64,000 bases of DNA from the human T2T-CHM13v2.0 reference genome, Homo sapiens. This document shows positions 14,401-28,904 of this stretch, one piece after another (positions within the stretch are counted from its first letter, which is position 1; each line of letters starts with the position of its first letter). The position numbers and the translations under genes are program-made. The DNA lies in the NCBI GenBank assembly GCA_009914755.4, contig CP068257.2, positions 18,176,001 through 18,240,000 on the forward strand, written 5' to 3'. The notes below the pieces were generated by a model. It searched no databases. It worked only from the letters and a program-made list of their open reading frames with translations, and was not told the DNA's origin.

Positions 14401-17384
14401 GACCAAATTCTCTTTCCATTCCATTTTATGTCACGATTTGTTTATGGCAGGAAAACAAGTTTCTTTTTTTGAAGTATTTTCTGAAACATACTAGCAAAGA
14501 CTCACAGATCATATGGACCAATCAGAGGTCACTATCAAGGAGAAGAAAATTAACAAGGAACATTGCTAGAAACATTTACACTGTAGCCTGTAAAACAACA
14601 ATAACAATAAAACAAAAGGAAAAGAAACAAACACAAATGCAAAACCAAAGGAAAAGCAAACCAAGAAGTCAGTTTGAGCAATCCCATTCCTTCCCTCAGA
14701 AAATAAAATAATGACATCAACATCTCAACAAAAACAACAATAGTAGTGGTAGTTGTAGTAACAGCAGTAGAACGACTAATAGTTTCATAATATTCATAAT
14801 AACAGAATGTAATAGTAACAGTAAATAACTTATATGTGCAGAATTTAACAATATTTTTATATATTTAAGCATATTAGTTATCTGTGGAAGAGAATCTTAC
14901 CTCAAGTTATATGTCAAATACTGCCAAAATGTAAGGGCTCAGATATGTGCATAAAACTGATAACAGACCCACGAGGGTTTATGCCAAGTCATAAGTAAAG
15001 AGTTAAGAGAAGTTGAAGGTCTCTCTTCAGACTGTGGATAACATTTCTTTCTGATCTACAGCAGCCACTCATTTGGTTACTGAGTGAAAAAAAAAATGCA
15101 ATGATTATTTCTGCTGAAGACATGTATTATGGAAATTAAGTATCACAAATTATTTTACATTATATATTAGTGGATAAGCCCAAGAAATAAAAAGTCTTAC
15201 AAATTATCAAGTCAGATGCTTTGAGAATCATTTATATCCATACAATGAGTAGCTAGTGCTACAAGTTTTTTTTAAAACGAACAAATAATAGGGTTAAGTG
15301 GAGCATTTGGCTCTCTATTAAGAAGAGTCTGCATCATATTAGATATCTTAATCTGTCATAAATTGCTTCCTGTACCAAAGTTTCCAGAAATTTTAAACAT
15401 TGGTCAGTCAAAAAATTACAAATAAAAGTAACTAGCAAATGTATTCAGCAGCTTCTTCCACATGATTTTAAAGTTAAATACATAAACCAAGAAAAAGCAC
15501 ACCGAGATTTTCACTTTATCACTAAATTAGAAGAAATTTTGCTAACTTCCTTATTCTCCTTCTTATGACTTAAAATTTTTTTCATGAAAAATATTGATAA
15601 CACAGAACATCTAGACCTCTGTGGGGCTTGATGATTGTCAGAAATAACTTTACTCTTTGTGTCACAATTATAAACTATATGCAGACATTTCATTCCATGA
15701 GAATTTTAATCTTTTTAATTTATAAAAATATTAATAATCACTACTTTTTTGTCTTTTTTTATTTGTATAAAGTTAGGGGGTACAAATGAAGTTCTGGCAC
15801 ATGGATACATTATGCAGTCTTGTAGTCTGGGTCTTTTGACTAAACTATTAATAACTAATGGTGAATATTACAAATATTAGATACTGTTATACAATTGAAA
15901 CTGCATCACCGTAGATATAGCAAAACAGAAAAGGATTGGAATAAACACAAAATAATACAATGCTCTAAAAGATGAGATCATTGACCCCTATTCATTTAAA
16001 TTTATGTGCACAAATATTACTGTTTTGATATAAAATAATTTTCAAAAGCAATAACTAATTCACTGAACAAATAAGGATGGAAACTTGCTAGTTTCTGCAT
16101 GTGCTTACCTTCCAGATGTGCTTGCTCTTCATGTTATGTTTGTTATCAGTATATGTTTATTAAATTGAGCTATAATATGCCTTAGATATAATTATATTTT
16201 AGTAGCATGAGTCATTAGCAAAACTTACATTATCATAATTTTGAATATATATATATTTCTAGACTATTATAGTAAATATATGTTTCAATGTATATATATA
16301 TATACACATTTAGTCAAATATATGGATAGACACATAAAAATGCATACATTCTTACTGAAACAAAAAATCACACATACATTGTTATACTTAATCAAGAACA
16401 AGAAATTTGCTTTTTAATTTCATGTTACAAATTTTATGACTTTATAATTGACAGAGATGATCAAAAGCTGTCATCTATCCAAACAATATTTGTGATCTGA
16501 AATTAAAAAAAAAAAATCTGTAGGAATTATTCCTTCTGGAAAAGAAATATCACTTATAGTCTCAGAAGTCATTAAAAAGTTCTTGGCAATGAAGTTTAAT
16601 ATAAGAGTACCTTGAATAAGGACTTAATTTTAAGTAGAAAAGCTCACAAATATATTAAAAGATTATGAGGTTCTCACTGGAGCAAAATAATATGAGAATA
16701 GAAAATTTTGTTCCTCTTTATTAATAAGCTTTTTTGTAACCACCTGGCATTTGGCAGTCAGTTCTTGAAACAAATCAGTATCACTTACAGAAAACATAAA
16801 CAATGGAATTTAATCAAGATTAATTGTGAGTTTGTGTTTCACTCCAGAAATACTATAATAGTCAAAAGTACGAATAAAGCTATTCCTCTCTTTTTATGGC
16901 AGTAAAATAGAAAGAGATGAATGCTTTAAGTGTAATTCTGCCTGTGGTTTCAGTAGTTTTGGACAGGAAATCAGTCGTCAATCTAGTTTAGAAACTTTTG
17001 TGCATATATATATATGTGGACAGATGATAGATAGATGCCTTTATATACATTTAAATATGTAAATGTGTTACGTAATACTTAATCTAGAATAAGAAATTTG
17101 CTAATGTTGAATAGTTTCTTCAGTTTAAAATAAAACTGACTTTTATATATGAGAACAATTAAATCATATTGAAAAATGGTGTTTGGGATTACAGATAATT
17201 TTGGAACTCAGTATATAATAGAAATTAGCTTTGTCATGAGTAAGAATATTAATAAATGTTCAAATATCTCTAAGTATCAAATTAGTTCAAGTGATTAAGA
17301 TTGACGAAACTACATGCTAACCTCCAGCAGTAGGGCTGCGCTTCTGATTTGAATAACAGAATAAATGACAGTATTAGTTTCATA

Positions 17385-18195
17385 TTACTTTGCAACAAAT
17401 TACCACAAACTAGTGAATTAAAATGATAGTTATCTATTATCTTGCAGTTTCTGTAGGTCATAGAACCCATATGGTTGAGTTCTCTATTCAGAACCTCACT
17501 GTCCTGAAGTCAACATGTTGGCCAGGTCTGTGGTCTCATGTGAGCATTAGGTTCTTCTTTCATGCCCACTCAATTTGTTGGCAGAGTTGAGTTTCTTGTG
17601 GTTGTAGCAAGGAAGTACATATTTTCTTGCTGGCTGTAAGCCTAGGGTTGGTCTCAGCTACTAAAAGCCACTTTTGGGGTCTCCCTTTTCACAAGCTGTT
17701 CATAACTTAATTGTTGACATTCTTTCTGGGCAGTAGAGAGCATCTGCTGCTGCTTCCTCTTTCTTTAAAAAGTGCACGTGATCAGGTCAAGCCCACCCCA
17801 AACAATTTCCCTTTTAGTTAACTCAAGTAAATTGATTACAGACCTTAACTACTATGTAAAATGTATTTTGCCATTGTATCAGTTTGCTTGGGATGCTGTA
17901 AGAGAATCCCATAGACAGGGTAACTTAAAAAACAAATATTTATTTTTACAGTTCAAAAGGTAGAGGAGTCCAAGATTAATGGGCCAGCAAATTAGGAACT
18001 TGGTGAAGGCTATTTTTCCGGCTTCTTGCTGTAGTCTGACGTGGCAGAGAGTGAGAGAGCTCTAGCCTCCCCCTCTTCTTATAAGAACATTATTCGCACA
18101 TTGGGGGCCCTGTACTCATGACCTCATCTAAACTTAATCATCCCCCAAAGCTCCACTTCCAAATATCATCACATTGGGGGTTACAGCTTCAAAAT
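17385..18195 (+). mobile_element. LTR-like element of the MaLR (MLT1) group; the 3' terminus is diagnostic, the 5' extent is uncertain
   Basis: Begins ttactttgcaacaaattaccacaaactagtgaattaaaatgatagttatctattatcttgcagtttctgtaggtc and ends ...catcacattgggggttacagcttcaaaatatgaatgttggaagggacacaaatatt, close to the MLT1 consensus 3' end catcacattgggggttaggatttcaacatatgaattttggggggacacaaacatt. Confidence 0.45.
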
Positions 18196-18469
18196 ATGAA
18201 TGTTGGAAGGGACACAAATATTTAGTCCATAACATCCATGCAGCAGATTATAATTATGAGAGTGATATCTCATTATATTCACAGGCACTCTCTGCATTCA
18301 AAGGAAAGGGGTATTACACTGCATATGTACATCTGGGGACAGAAATTCTGGAGGTAATTGTGGAATTAGGCATAAGAAATTAGCTTTTTACTTTGTCAAT
18401 TACCAGTTAAGTCAACATCAAAGCTGAGTCAATCAAGGGATCCAAGCCAAAAATTCAAAAAGCAGAAAA

Positions 18470-18600
18470 CAAGTAGATAAATGGAATATAGAGATAGAGA
18501 AGGGAGAAAAGAGTGAGAGAAAAAAGAGAAATAAGAAGTGGAAAGAAAGAGAAATAAATATAAAAGTGAAACAAAAAATATAATTATGATTGAGGTAATA
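18470..18600. repeat. Purine-rich (GA/GAAA) low-complexity tract on the + strand
   Basis: agatagagaagggagaaaagagtgagagaaaaaagagaaataagaagtggaaagaaagagaaataaatataaaagtgaaacaaaaaat. Confidence 0.85.
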
Positions 18601-18799
18601 ACCAGGATAAAGGCACTGGACAGAATACTCTAGTGTGACCATCTATGTTGTAATTTTATACTTATCAACATGATTCAAAATATTTAATAGTCTGAACAAA
18701 AAGACCTATACTATTTTCTTGTTTGTTGTAATTATTGAAAAGTTTATAATCAGATATTTCCTTATTTTACTAAAAAATAACACACTGGCTCACTGTTGT

Positions 18800-19010
18800 T
18801 GTCACTAATAACATCACCACCACCACAATCTTTTCCCTCTACACCTTTTTATCTTCTACCTCCTTCTCCTCCTCACCTCATTCCTCTTTTCTTTATATTC
18901 TTTCTCCTCCTCCTTATCCTCCCTCCTCTTCTTCCCTTTTCCACTTCTCCTTCCTTTCCTCTTTTTTCCTCCTTCTTTGTCCTTTTTCTTCTTGTCTGTC
19001 ATTATCATCA
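18800..19010. repeat. Polypyrimidine (CT-rich) tract of about 200 bp on the + strand
   Basis: tcttttccctctacacctttttatcttctacctccttctcctcctcacctcattcctcttttctttatattctttctcctcctccttatcctccctcctcttcttcccttttccacttctccttcctttcctcttttttcctccttctttgtcctttttcttcttgtctgtc. ORFs 18796-19092 (+) and 18856-19065 (-) are simply this tract translated. Confidence 0.9.
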
Positions 19011-19454
19011 GCAGTATATCATAATCACTCCAGATAACCTGAGAGCCATGCTTGACCCTTCTCATTCAACACCATGTTCAACTGATCAATAAGCTCTGTC
19101 AACTCTGATTGCTAAATATCGTGGATGTAAAATACTGACTTCTCATAAATACTTCTAGTTTCTTAACTAATGCTTACATTGTTTGCATTATATTTTCCAT
19201 GTCTGGTCTTATACTACTAAAATCTATTCTCTAAGGCAATAAATCCACCATTTTATTTCTCCCCACTTAGAATAATATAGTTTCCCCATAGTGGAAACAT
19301 CATTTAACCTTTTTTTATAACTTGGTTTTTTGTTTACCTCCTAAGTTTTGAATCTGTTTTAAACCCTGTGCTTCATATTGTTCCTGTATAGATCCTGAGT
19401 GTCACACTATTTATAATCTACTTTTATTTGTACATCTGCTCTCCTTTCTCTTGA

Positions 19455-19880
19455 GTGCTTTTTGTATGGTATAGAGGGTTGAATTGTGTCCTGCAAAATG
19501 ATACATTCAAGTCCTGACCCTTGCAACCTAAGAATAAACATTATTTGGAAATAAATTACTTGAAGATATAATCAAGTTAAAATGAGATTATGCTGGATTA
19601 GAACTGTTCTTAAATCCAATGACTGGTATCCCAATAGAAGAGAAGAGTAAACACACCGGGAAAAAGGCCATCTGACGATGGAGGAAGAGACTGGTGTAAA
19701 GCAGCTACAAGTTAAGGTACACCAAGGATTTTTGAGAGCCATCAGAAACTACAAAGTCGGAAGAAAGGGATATTTGCAAGAGCCCTCAGGGGCTCTTGAT
19801 CCTGTTGCCACCTTGAGGACTTTGAGAGAATAAATTTCTATTGTTTTAAGTCACCAAGTTTCTGGTAATTTATTACAAAA
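19455..19880 (+). mobile_element. MaLR LTR (MLT1-type)
   Basis: ggtatagagggttgaattgtgtcctgcaaaatgatacattcaagtcctgacccttgcaacc...gaagagactggtgtaaagcagctacaagttaaggtacaccaaggatttttgagagccatcagaaactacaaag...gccaccttgaggactttgagagaataaatttctattgttttaagtcaccaagtttctggtaatttattacaaaaatcctaagaaactaata is colinear with the MLT1 consensus (tgagaaataaatttctgttgtttaagccacccagtctatggtattttgttatagcagcc). Confidence 0.75.
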
Positions 19881-20903
19881 ATCCTAAGAAACTAATATAT
19901 ATGGATAACTTCTTTTGGTTTTCAAAACTTAATTCAGTTGTTACCTATACTGGGAAATTATCACGACTTCCTCACTCTGAATTAAATCTCTTTCTATATG
20001 CATAACCCATTCATACACTATCATATAGTATAGGAGGAGTATTTCTTTGTTTGCTTGTTTACCTACACAGGTTGCTTCATGAGCTCTTTCAGCAGGATCC
20101 TGTTTTCAACACAGTGACTGGGACTCAATAAACACGAAATAAGATGAGTTTGAGTAAATAACTAAATCCATTAAATGCCTCATACAATGCGCTTGGCACT
20201 AAGATACAGAAATACGTAGGGTAATCTCAGTAAACATCCTCCAACACCCTCTACTCTCTTCCCCAACTCAAGCAGTGACCAGATCTCATTTATTAAAAAC
20301 TAAATTCTTCTTTTTCAGCTCAGAGTAATGTTTCTATATAGTCATTTTGAACTTTCAAGATTATTTTTAACTCCATTCATGGTATCTTAAAGAAACAAAA
20401 TTCCTAGTTTTGTTTCTTTAGTTAACTATTTAACCGTAACATTTGCCTTGAAATGGTTCCATCACTTCCACCATTCAGGCTATGACATGAAACTGTTCTC
20501 TAGAGCAGCTGCATCATGGAGTAATGCCTAAGCCATTTGAAATTTTGAGTAATTCAAGGGAACCCTGTTGGTCTGGCCTGGTGCAAGTTTATTGACTCTT
20601 AATTGCATTGGGTGAGGGGAGAGGGAAGAAGAGAAGTGAGACTCAAGAGGCAATTCTCGGGTTCTCTCAGGAACTGCAATATAGATTCCATTTATTCATT
20701 TTGGCAGTTATAAACATAAGTATCTAAAAGGATTTGGGGAAGAAAGAGTTATTTGTTGCCTAATTCCAAAGCACTAGAGAAAGCATGTTTTACTTTCACT
20801 TTGTCAAAGTACTTATAAAAGTTACATTAAAAAATAACTTTGAGTAGCCCACATATCCTCACATAAAGCCTGACTGTGTAAGTGAGCCATAGTATGGGAT
20901 TAA

Positions 20904-21143
<240 letters not shown>

Positions 21144-22949
21144 GATGACTGAAAACTCTTAAAGAGCCCTCAAGATGATTCAAGTCCTTTATCTAGAAGT
21201 ATTTACAAAAAAAAGATGAAGTTTATTTGCAGTAACTTTAGGTGGCAATATAATACTTAGGGGCATTTTGGGGTTTGGGGAAGCTATCAGAGAGGCCAAT
21301 TATTAGAAACAAAAGAGATGACAGTGAGTAGGTAAGTGGAATCTAAGACCAAGATTCTCTCATTTTAGAGATAAGACCAAGACCACCATCACACGCATAA
21401 GAGGTCATATGTGAAATGGTTTTTGATACCCTTACTCTATGTTAATACTTGTTACCAAAATAAAACCATAGCAATAATAAGACTCAGAGAAACATATTTT
21501 ATCTTTTTGAAACTATGAATCAACTTCATCTAACTAATGGTCACTTTTGTGCGTGTGTGAACTATTTTTTGGCTAGATGTAACATACTCAGTTTAATTTA
21601 GCATTTGTACAGATTTCTCATCTTCACTGACACTGTAAAGTGAGCATGGGGTGGGGAAACCTAATGATACTCATTTGAAAAAGAGATGGGGATGAATTCT
21701 CTTTCAACTAAGATGTAAGATTCAGGTTTTCTCCAAGATTGTGTAAGATGGTAGATCAAAGAAGTGATTTAGTAAATATTGCTGTAATATTTCATAGTGG
21801 TCTAAAACTTTGAATTTGAAATAGAAATCAAGTTCATTACATCCTTTTATAGTAATAATGTATCATTTTAATAGTAAAGTTCCTAGACACCTGTCAGACC
21901 AAACAACGGTAATTTCAGTGCTTCATGCCAATTGTATTAATCGATATAATTATACTTTTCTGACTATTCTTGAGTATAAATGCAAAAAGAATGAGGAAAG
22001 AATTGTCGTAATAGTGATGGGGAAATATTTATGTCACCTCCAATATGTAATAAGTACATGAGTACCTGTTTATTTATAATATACATTTTGCATTAATATG
22101 GTACAAGGAAGCACCACTAATATAAGAAAGACCTACTGAAATATCTTTAAAAAAAAACAGAAATACTAACCAAATGCATTTTCATATATTAAAAGTGCAT
22201 GTCTGAGAGAAGATTCTGGAAAGATGGAGTAGAAAGAAACAGGAGTCTGTCTGCCTATCTAGACAACAATTGAACTGGCAGATTCAATTGATACGATATA
22301 TGGCTATTGATATATGACTATTCTGGAACTTTGGAATCTATTGAAAAATTGTAACTTCTGGAGGAACCTTGGATGGTAAATTAAGTTAATTTTGGTCAGT
22401 TTCAACCCCTGGCATAGTAGCAGCTACCCATTCTCCACCCAAGCCCTGTGGCAGGTAGTTGTACACAGGTTCCTGAAACAGCTTGCATGTAGTTTGCAGG
22501 GTCAGGGTGGCAAAAAATGATGCTATTCTCCAAAGATTGGGTATTTGTCTCTGTTCACTGATTGTTGCTTCGGATCACTGAAGTTCACACAAAGAGGCAG
22601 ATGATCATTATTTTTACACTTCCTCCTCTGGCTGAAGTGAGTTCCAAGGGATTTAAGGGTTTGACACTCTTTTTCTCCCTTAATCTTTCTCTTTTTTCAA
22701 TTTTGGGAGCCAGACATTAAAGACTAGGACATTCAAAAGTGACTGCATATGAAGAAAAAATAGGAAGTTAATAAAAATGCCCAAAGAAAGGCATAGGATC
22801 AGAGACAACCTGAGAAGACCTTAAATACACACTTTAGGCTGATTCCTGGGACAAAGGCAGCCTACAAGCAATCAAAACAAAAGGCAATTAAAAACAAATA
22901 GCAACCAAGCAAAAACAATAAATGCAGGAAAGTGGGGGCAGAATCTGAT

Positions 22950-25010
22950 TTCTAGAGTTGCCACATTGTTAGATTTAAATGTCCACTTTTTGATCATAAA
23001 TCACAGTGCACACAAAGACACAGGAAAGTATGTCTCATTAAAATAAATAAATATACATAAATAAACAGGAACTGTTCCTGAAAAAGATCCGATGGCAGAT
23101 CTACTAGACAAAGGTTTTAAAACAATTATCTTAATGAGTAATGATGCTCAAATATCTAAAGAAAAATATGGATAAAGTCAAGAAAATGATGTATAAACAA
23201 AATAAAGATATCAACAAAGAGAGAGAATCTAAAAAGAAACTGAAAATAAATTCTGAATCTGAAAAGTACAATATCTGAAATGAAATATTTACTAGCTAGA
23301 TCAAAGTGTACATTTGAACAAATACAGAATTGGTAAACTAGGATATGGGAGAATGATAATTACTGAGTCTGAAGAATGGAAAGAAAAAAGATTGAAGAAA
23401 AGTGAGCAGAGCCTCAGAGACCTGTAAGACACCATCAAGCAGATCAACATACACACTGTGTGAATTCCAAAAGGAAAAGAGAGAGAAAAAAGGGTGGGAG
23501 AGTATATGAAAAAATAATGTTTGAAAATTTCCCAAATTTGACAAAAGACATCAAACATCCAAAAAGCTCAATGAACTCCAGGAAAAATGAACTCCACACC
23601 AAGACATTGTAATCAAATATTTGAAAGCCAAAGACCAAAAAAGAGTATTGAAAGTAGAAAAAAATAAAAAAGCAACTGATCACGTACAAGGCAGTCTTAG
23701 TAAGATCATTATCAGATTTCTCATCAGAAACTTCAGAGGCCAGAAGATAGCAGGCTAATAAATTTAAACTGCTGAAAGAGAAAAATAAAACCTGTTAAGT
23801 TAGAATTCTATATCTGTCCTTCAAAAGTAAGGGAGAAATTAAGGCATTTCCAGATAAACAAAATCAGAGGGAGTTCATTACCTGTAAACCTGCCGGGAAT
23901 ACATTCAGGATGAAATGAAAAGACACTAGGTTGTACCTTGAAAAAAAAAAAAAAAAAAGATTTCAGTAAAGGTAAATACATGAGTGATTATAAAAGCTAG
24001 TATTATTGTAATAATAATTTGTAACTCTACTTTTTTCTTTCTACATGATTTAAGAGACTAATAGATTAAAAATTATTTGTCTAAAAGCTATTAAAATTTA
24101 ACTTTGATTTTTAACTCCACATTTGGTTTTCTACAAAATTTAAGAAACAAAAGTATATAAAAGAGTTATTAATTTATGCTTTCATACACACAATGTGTGA
24201 ATATATAACCTTATGACATCAACAACAGAAGGGTGGTAATGAGGCTGTAAAGGGGCAGAGTATTCATATGCTACTGATGTTAAGTTGGTATAAATTCAGA
24301 TTAGAGTGTTATAATATTAGGATGCTAAATGTAACCCTCATGGCTACCACAAAGAAATTTACTATATGATATACACAAGAGAAGATAAAAAGAAATTTAA
24401 ACATTTCACTACAAAAAAATTCAACAAAACACAAAGATAGTAACGCAAGAAATGAAAAACAAAAAAGCCATAAGATATACAAAAAATAGCAAAATGACAG
24501 AGGTAAGTCTCTCATTATCAATAATTATTTTAACTGTAAATTGATTAACCTCTTCCTTTGAAATACAGAGATTGGCAGAATCGGTAAAAACACATAATCC
24601 AACTATATTCTGTCTATAGGAGACTTATTTTAGATATACATGCAATGGAATATTATTCAGTCTTACAAAGAAAAGAAATTCCGATGTATGCTACAATGTG
24701 GATAAACTTTGAGGAAAATATGCTCTGTGAAATAAGTTAGTCACAACACACACAAATACTGCATGATTACACTATGTGCAGGACTTAGAATAGCAAAATC
24801 ACAAACACAGAGATTTGAAGGATGGCAACCAGGGGCTGAAAGGAGGGGAATTAGGGAAGTTTATCTTTAAAGATGAAGTTTTAGAAGATGAAAAGAGTTA
24901 TGGAGATGGATGGTGGTGATGGTTACACATTATAAATATACACTTAAAAATAATTAACATGTATAGTATATGATACACACACTTGATGACAATGCTTTTT
25001 TTTGGAAAAA
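22950..25010 (+). mobile_element. Old LINE-1 (L1M-type) remnant: degraded ORF1 region, an internal A-run at 23941-23960, a fragmentary ORF2 start and a 3'-end segment (about 24560-25010)
   Basis: Frame-shifted translation gives ORF1-like strings (KRLKKSEQSLRDL.DTIKQINIHTV.IPKGKEREKR; ENFPNLTKDIKHPKSS.NSRKNELHTKTL; ILYLSFKSKGEIKAFPDKQNQREFITCKPA). An L1M 3'-end-like segment follows (...ctgtgaaataagttagtcacaacacacacaaatactgcatgattacactatgtgcaggacttagaatagcaaaatcacaaacacagagatttgaaggatggcaaccaggggctgaaaggaggggaattaggg...acacattataaatatacacttaaaaataattaac). ORFs 23301-23689 (-) fall inside. Confidence 0.65.
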
Positions 25011-26892
25011 AAATTCATGTCCAAACATCTTCACATCTCTCACACGCCTTCCCTAGCATTGATATATTCAAAGTAGTTTCTAAATTGGTTATTTTCAGAA
25101 TTAATGCAGAATGAAATTTTAATAATAAACTTACAATATATACCTGATATTTATCTTCTTAATTTGCATCATGTGTTATTTGTGGAATGAGAGACAGGAC
25201 AGTCTTGGATTTATTCTGCCTGATGCAGAGACCATGCTCATCAAGTCACTGTATCAAATGCTGTACTAAAATTTCTTGTCATGTTGTTAGTTACTGTAGT
25301 TTGCTGCTATTCTATTTTGTCATGCCTGGTTTCTGAAGCATTTGGTGATTCACCCAAATATTTTATTTAGTCACAATTGCCTACATCCTTGACACTTGAC
25401 AGATCTCTGATAGCCCCATTTTTACCACGAAATGTCATTTATCTTGCATATCAATAGCTCCATTGACTCCTCTATATTACTGTGGCAGATATGGGGTAGA
25501 CATTGCCCAGGTTCCTTTGTCCATTACACACAAAGTCAACATGTTAATCGTACTACTTATCTAATGGAATGCAAAAATAATTTAATATCTATTGAATCAG
25601 AATAAATAAAAATAAACTTTTTTCAAGAACAGTAAAAATATATTTTTCTGTTACAAAAGTTAAAATTAACAAACATCTTTTGACAGAAAAGCAGCTGATA
25701 GGTTGGAAATAGACTGGAAAATAAGAATGGCTGTTTTAACATCCTGGATGAGAGATTAGATTAAAAAGTAAAAACCAACTGACTATCTTTGTTTATAGGG
25801 ACCTGCAGATGAATGAATGAGAACACTGAAAAGAAAGAATAGAGGAAATAATGTGTGTTTTCTAAAGAGAAACACAACGGTGCTGTGAAAGACAATGAAC
25901 AAAATAAGAAATGTATACAATGTATAATTATGGACACTGTATAATTAGGAGGCTTCAAAATTACTTTCAATGAATATCTGCCAATTAAACGTCTGTAAGG
26001 CATGAGTTCCTTTATATTGAGGTATGTATGTGAAATGACTTGTGTTACCTTTTGCAACAATTTTGTCAATAGTGAAATACTGTCATCACCTACTTTCCAA
26101 ATTATTATTTTAAGCACTTATATCTTGACATATTTTAATTAAAATAAAGTATTTCTTTAAAACTCCTTCATCAAAATTAATTCCTTGACATTATTTTAGC
26201 TATATCTAAAGAGTATCAAAGACTACTTCAAAAATATTTGAGTTTTATATTTTTTTATAAAAATAAATTTTATAGAAGACAAATTTAAGAGTCTTTTAAA
26301 TACTTTATTATATTTACATACATCCACAAAAAATGAGGAGTCTATTAATGTATTTGTACTATATCTTAAAATTTGAATGTCTAAAGTATGTACACTTTTG
26401 GCTTTCTTCATTCAGTTACTTGAAATAAATGTTCATAAGCAAATATTCATATTTACAAATGCATTCTCTAAATAATAACATTATAACTATATGAAATTGT
26501 CTCAGTTAAATAAAGGTTTTGTTTTCTTTAAGGGAACAAATTTGTACTCCTTATTTTTAAAAACTGAAGATTACTTTCAATCTTAAAATTATCACTTTTT
26601 TCATCATTATACAATTTATTTGAATTTAATTTCAATGAATATTTTAGGGTGTCTTTTGGTTATAGCTTCATTATGTATACATGTATATTAATCAGAAAAA
26701 CAGGATCACTAACAAGTGATCTGTGAATGGGATTATGGGATTTAATTTAGGAGACAGGGTAGCAGGGTGGAAAGACCTGTTAGAGTGTCCATGAAGAAAT
26801 CATTTTCTTCCAAAGTAAAAATATAATATTTGAATCTAGAACATGCCCGACTATTTCAAAAACATCTTAGCAAGTTGTTACTACTTCCCTCA

Positions 26893-27170
26893 TCCTGAAA
26901 GGCAGTACTATGTTTATTGGTTAAGAATTTAGACTGCAAGTCAGCCTGCCAGGCTTGAAATCAAGCTCCACCATTTACTAGGTGGGTACATTAGAGCAAA
27001 TTACTTAACAAGCCATATCTAATTTTTCCTAAGCGTACAAGGAGGACATTAACAGTGCCTACTTTATGAGGCTGCAATACTAAGTAAATTACTTCATCAT
27101 ACAACATTTAGAACAGCACACTATCTAAAACAATAAATGCTAAAAAGTAACCCATTAACGATTAGATTAT
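26893..27170 (+). mobile_element. MIR (mammalian-wide interspersed repeat) SINE
   Basis: ggcagtactatgtttattggttaagaatttagactgcaagtcagcctgccaggcttgaaatcaagctccaccatttactaggtgggtacattagagcaaattacttaacaagccatatctaatttttcctaagcgtacaaggaggacattaacagtgcctactttatgaggctgcaatactaagtaaattac...tttagaacagcacac aligns to the MIR consensus (gttaagagcacggactctggagccagactgcctgggttcgaatcccggctctgccacttactagctgtgtgaccttgggcaagttacttaacctctctgtgcctcagtttcctcatctgtaaaatgggg...). Confidence 0.7.
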
Positions 27171-27736
27171 TAATTCTGCTAGGTCTAACCTTGATGTACT
27201 TTACCTGGCTTCAACTTCTAAGCAATTTATAATTTAAATTGCAGTTTACTTTGCCCCTCATTTCATAACTTCCTTCTTAAAACAGAAAAAAAAAAAAGTG
27301 CCCTTTTCAACATAGGAAGTGCACCGAAAGAGAACCTGTAAAGCACATACCCACACGTGTTTTCTTTTAGGTACCAATTTATCTCCAGTTTTACATTTTC
27401 CTACTACAGTTTAAACTAATCTTAGCCTAGAAAATCACTTTCTCACTCATTTCAAATTGCAGAAACAGGTAGAAAGATCTTCTTATCAAACTAATCTGCT
27501 TTAAATAGGGTACCTTAAGTCTAACATGATGTGTTTCGTAGAAGTTATTCGACCTGAAAGAGAAAAGCATTGTATCTCAAAATCCTGTTCAGTTTCTCAC
27601 AAGTATCTTAATATTCCAAGTACATTGTATTATTGTGCAGGCATTCACTCATTCGCTCCCTGTCCAACCACTCACTGCCAAGTGGTTTGTGCTTTCAGTA
27701 AATTAATTTCTCTTCCCTATCCTACTGAAAATGTCT

Positions 27737-28193
<457 letters not shown>

Positions 28194-28904
28194 TTATGTT
28201 ATATGCCATAGTTGTGTTATATGTAACATCAGAGTAGAATGTGTAAGTGGAATTGCATGATTCAACTCACCCTCTTTTCCTTTTCCCCTTTGCCACATAA
28301 AGAACATATTTCTCTTAGGGATTTAGCCTCCAGGTAAAGAAATTAGCTGGAGATATATAAAGGATTGGCAGATAGAAACAATCTGAAACAATTTCGCTTA
28401 AACTGAGACATAGCTCTTCTTTGGTCATCCATCTGCATGTAAGATAAAAATATTATTGTAAGCCACTTAAATTTTGGAGTTATTTACTATGTAGCAAAGA
28501 TAAGACTTAAATGATGTAACTTCTAGGTATAAGACAGAGCAATTATGTAGTTATTTTGCTATTGGGCTTCCAATAACTCAGTCCTATATAGAGAGGCCCC
28601 TACTGTTATTCACCCTGCCTTTACTCAGCTTAATTTAAATTATAAAGATGGTGATTTTTATTAGTACTGGTTTTTTTTAGTCGCAAGTGACAGAAAATCT
28701 AAGCCAAAAGTGCTTTGAAAAAGAGTGGGTGAAATTTAATGGTACACATAACTCAAAAGAAATAAAATTTGAGATTCAAGTAATTTCCCCGTGACAAATC
28801 CTTCTCCAACTCTACTCTGCTCTGGATTCATTGTCAAGGTCTGTGTGGTGTCATGGTAGCTGCCAACTACTCTTGGCATACATCCTCAGAGGCACAATTA
28901 CATT

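Noticed and set aside
15760-15840. Short segment ttgtataaagttagggggtacaaatgaagttctggcacatggatacattatgcagtcttgtagtctgggtcttttgac resembling the reverse complement of the L1 3'UTR end
   Set aside because: It is only about 80 bp and moderately similar. It could be a tiny minus-strand L1 3' fragment, but the evidence is too thin to list as a feature.
18796-19092. Pro/Ser/Leu/Phe-rich ORF on the plus strand and the K/R/E-rich ORF 18856-19065 on the minus strand
   Set aside because: These are translations of the roughly 200 bp polypyrimidine tract and its complement, a compositional artefact.
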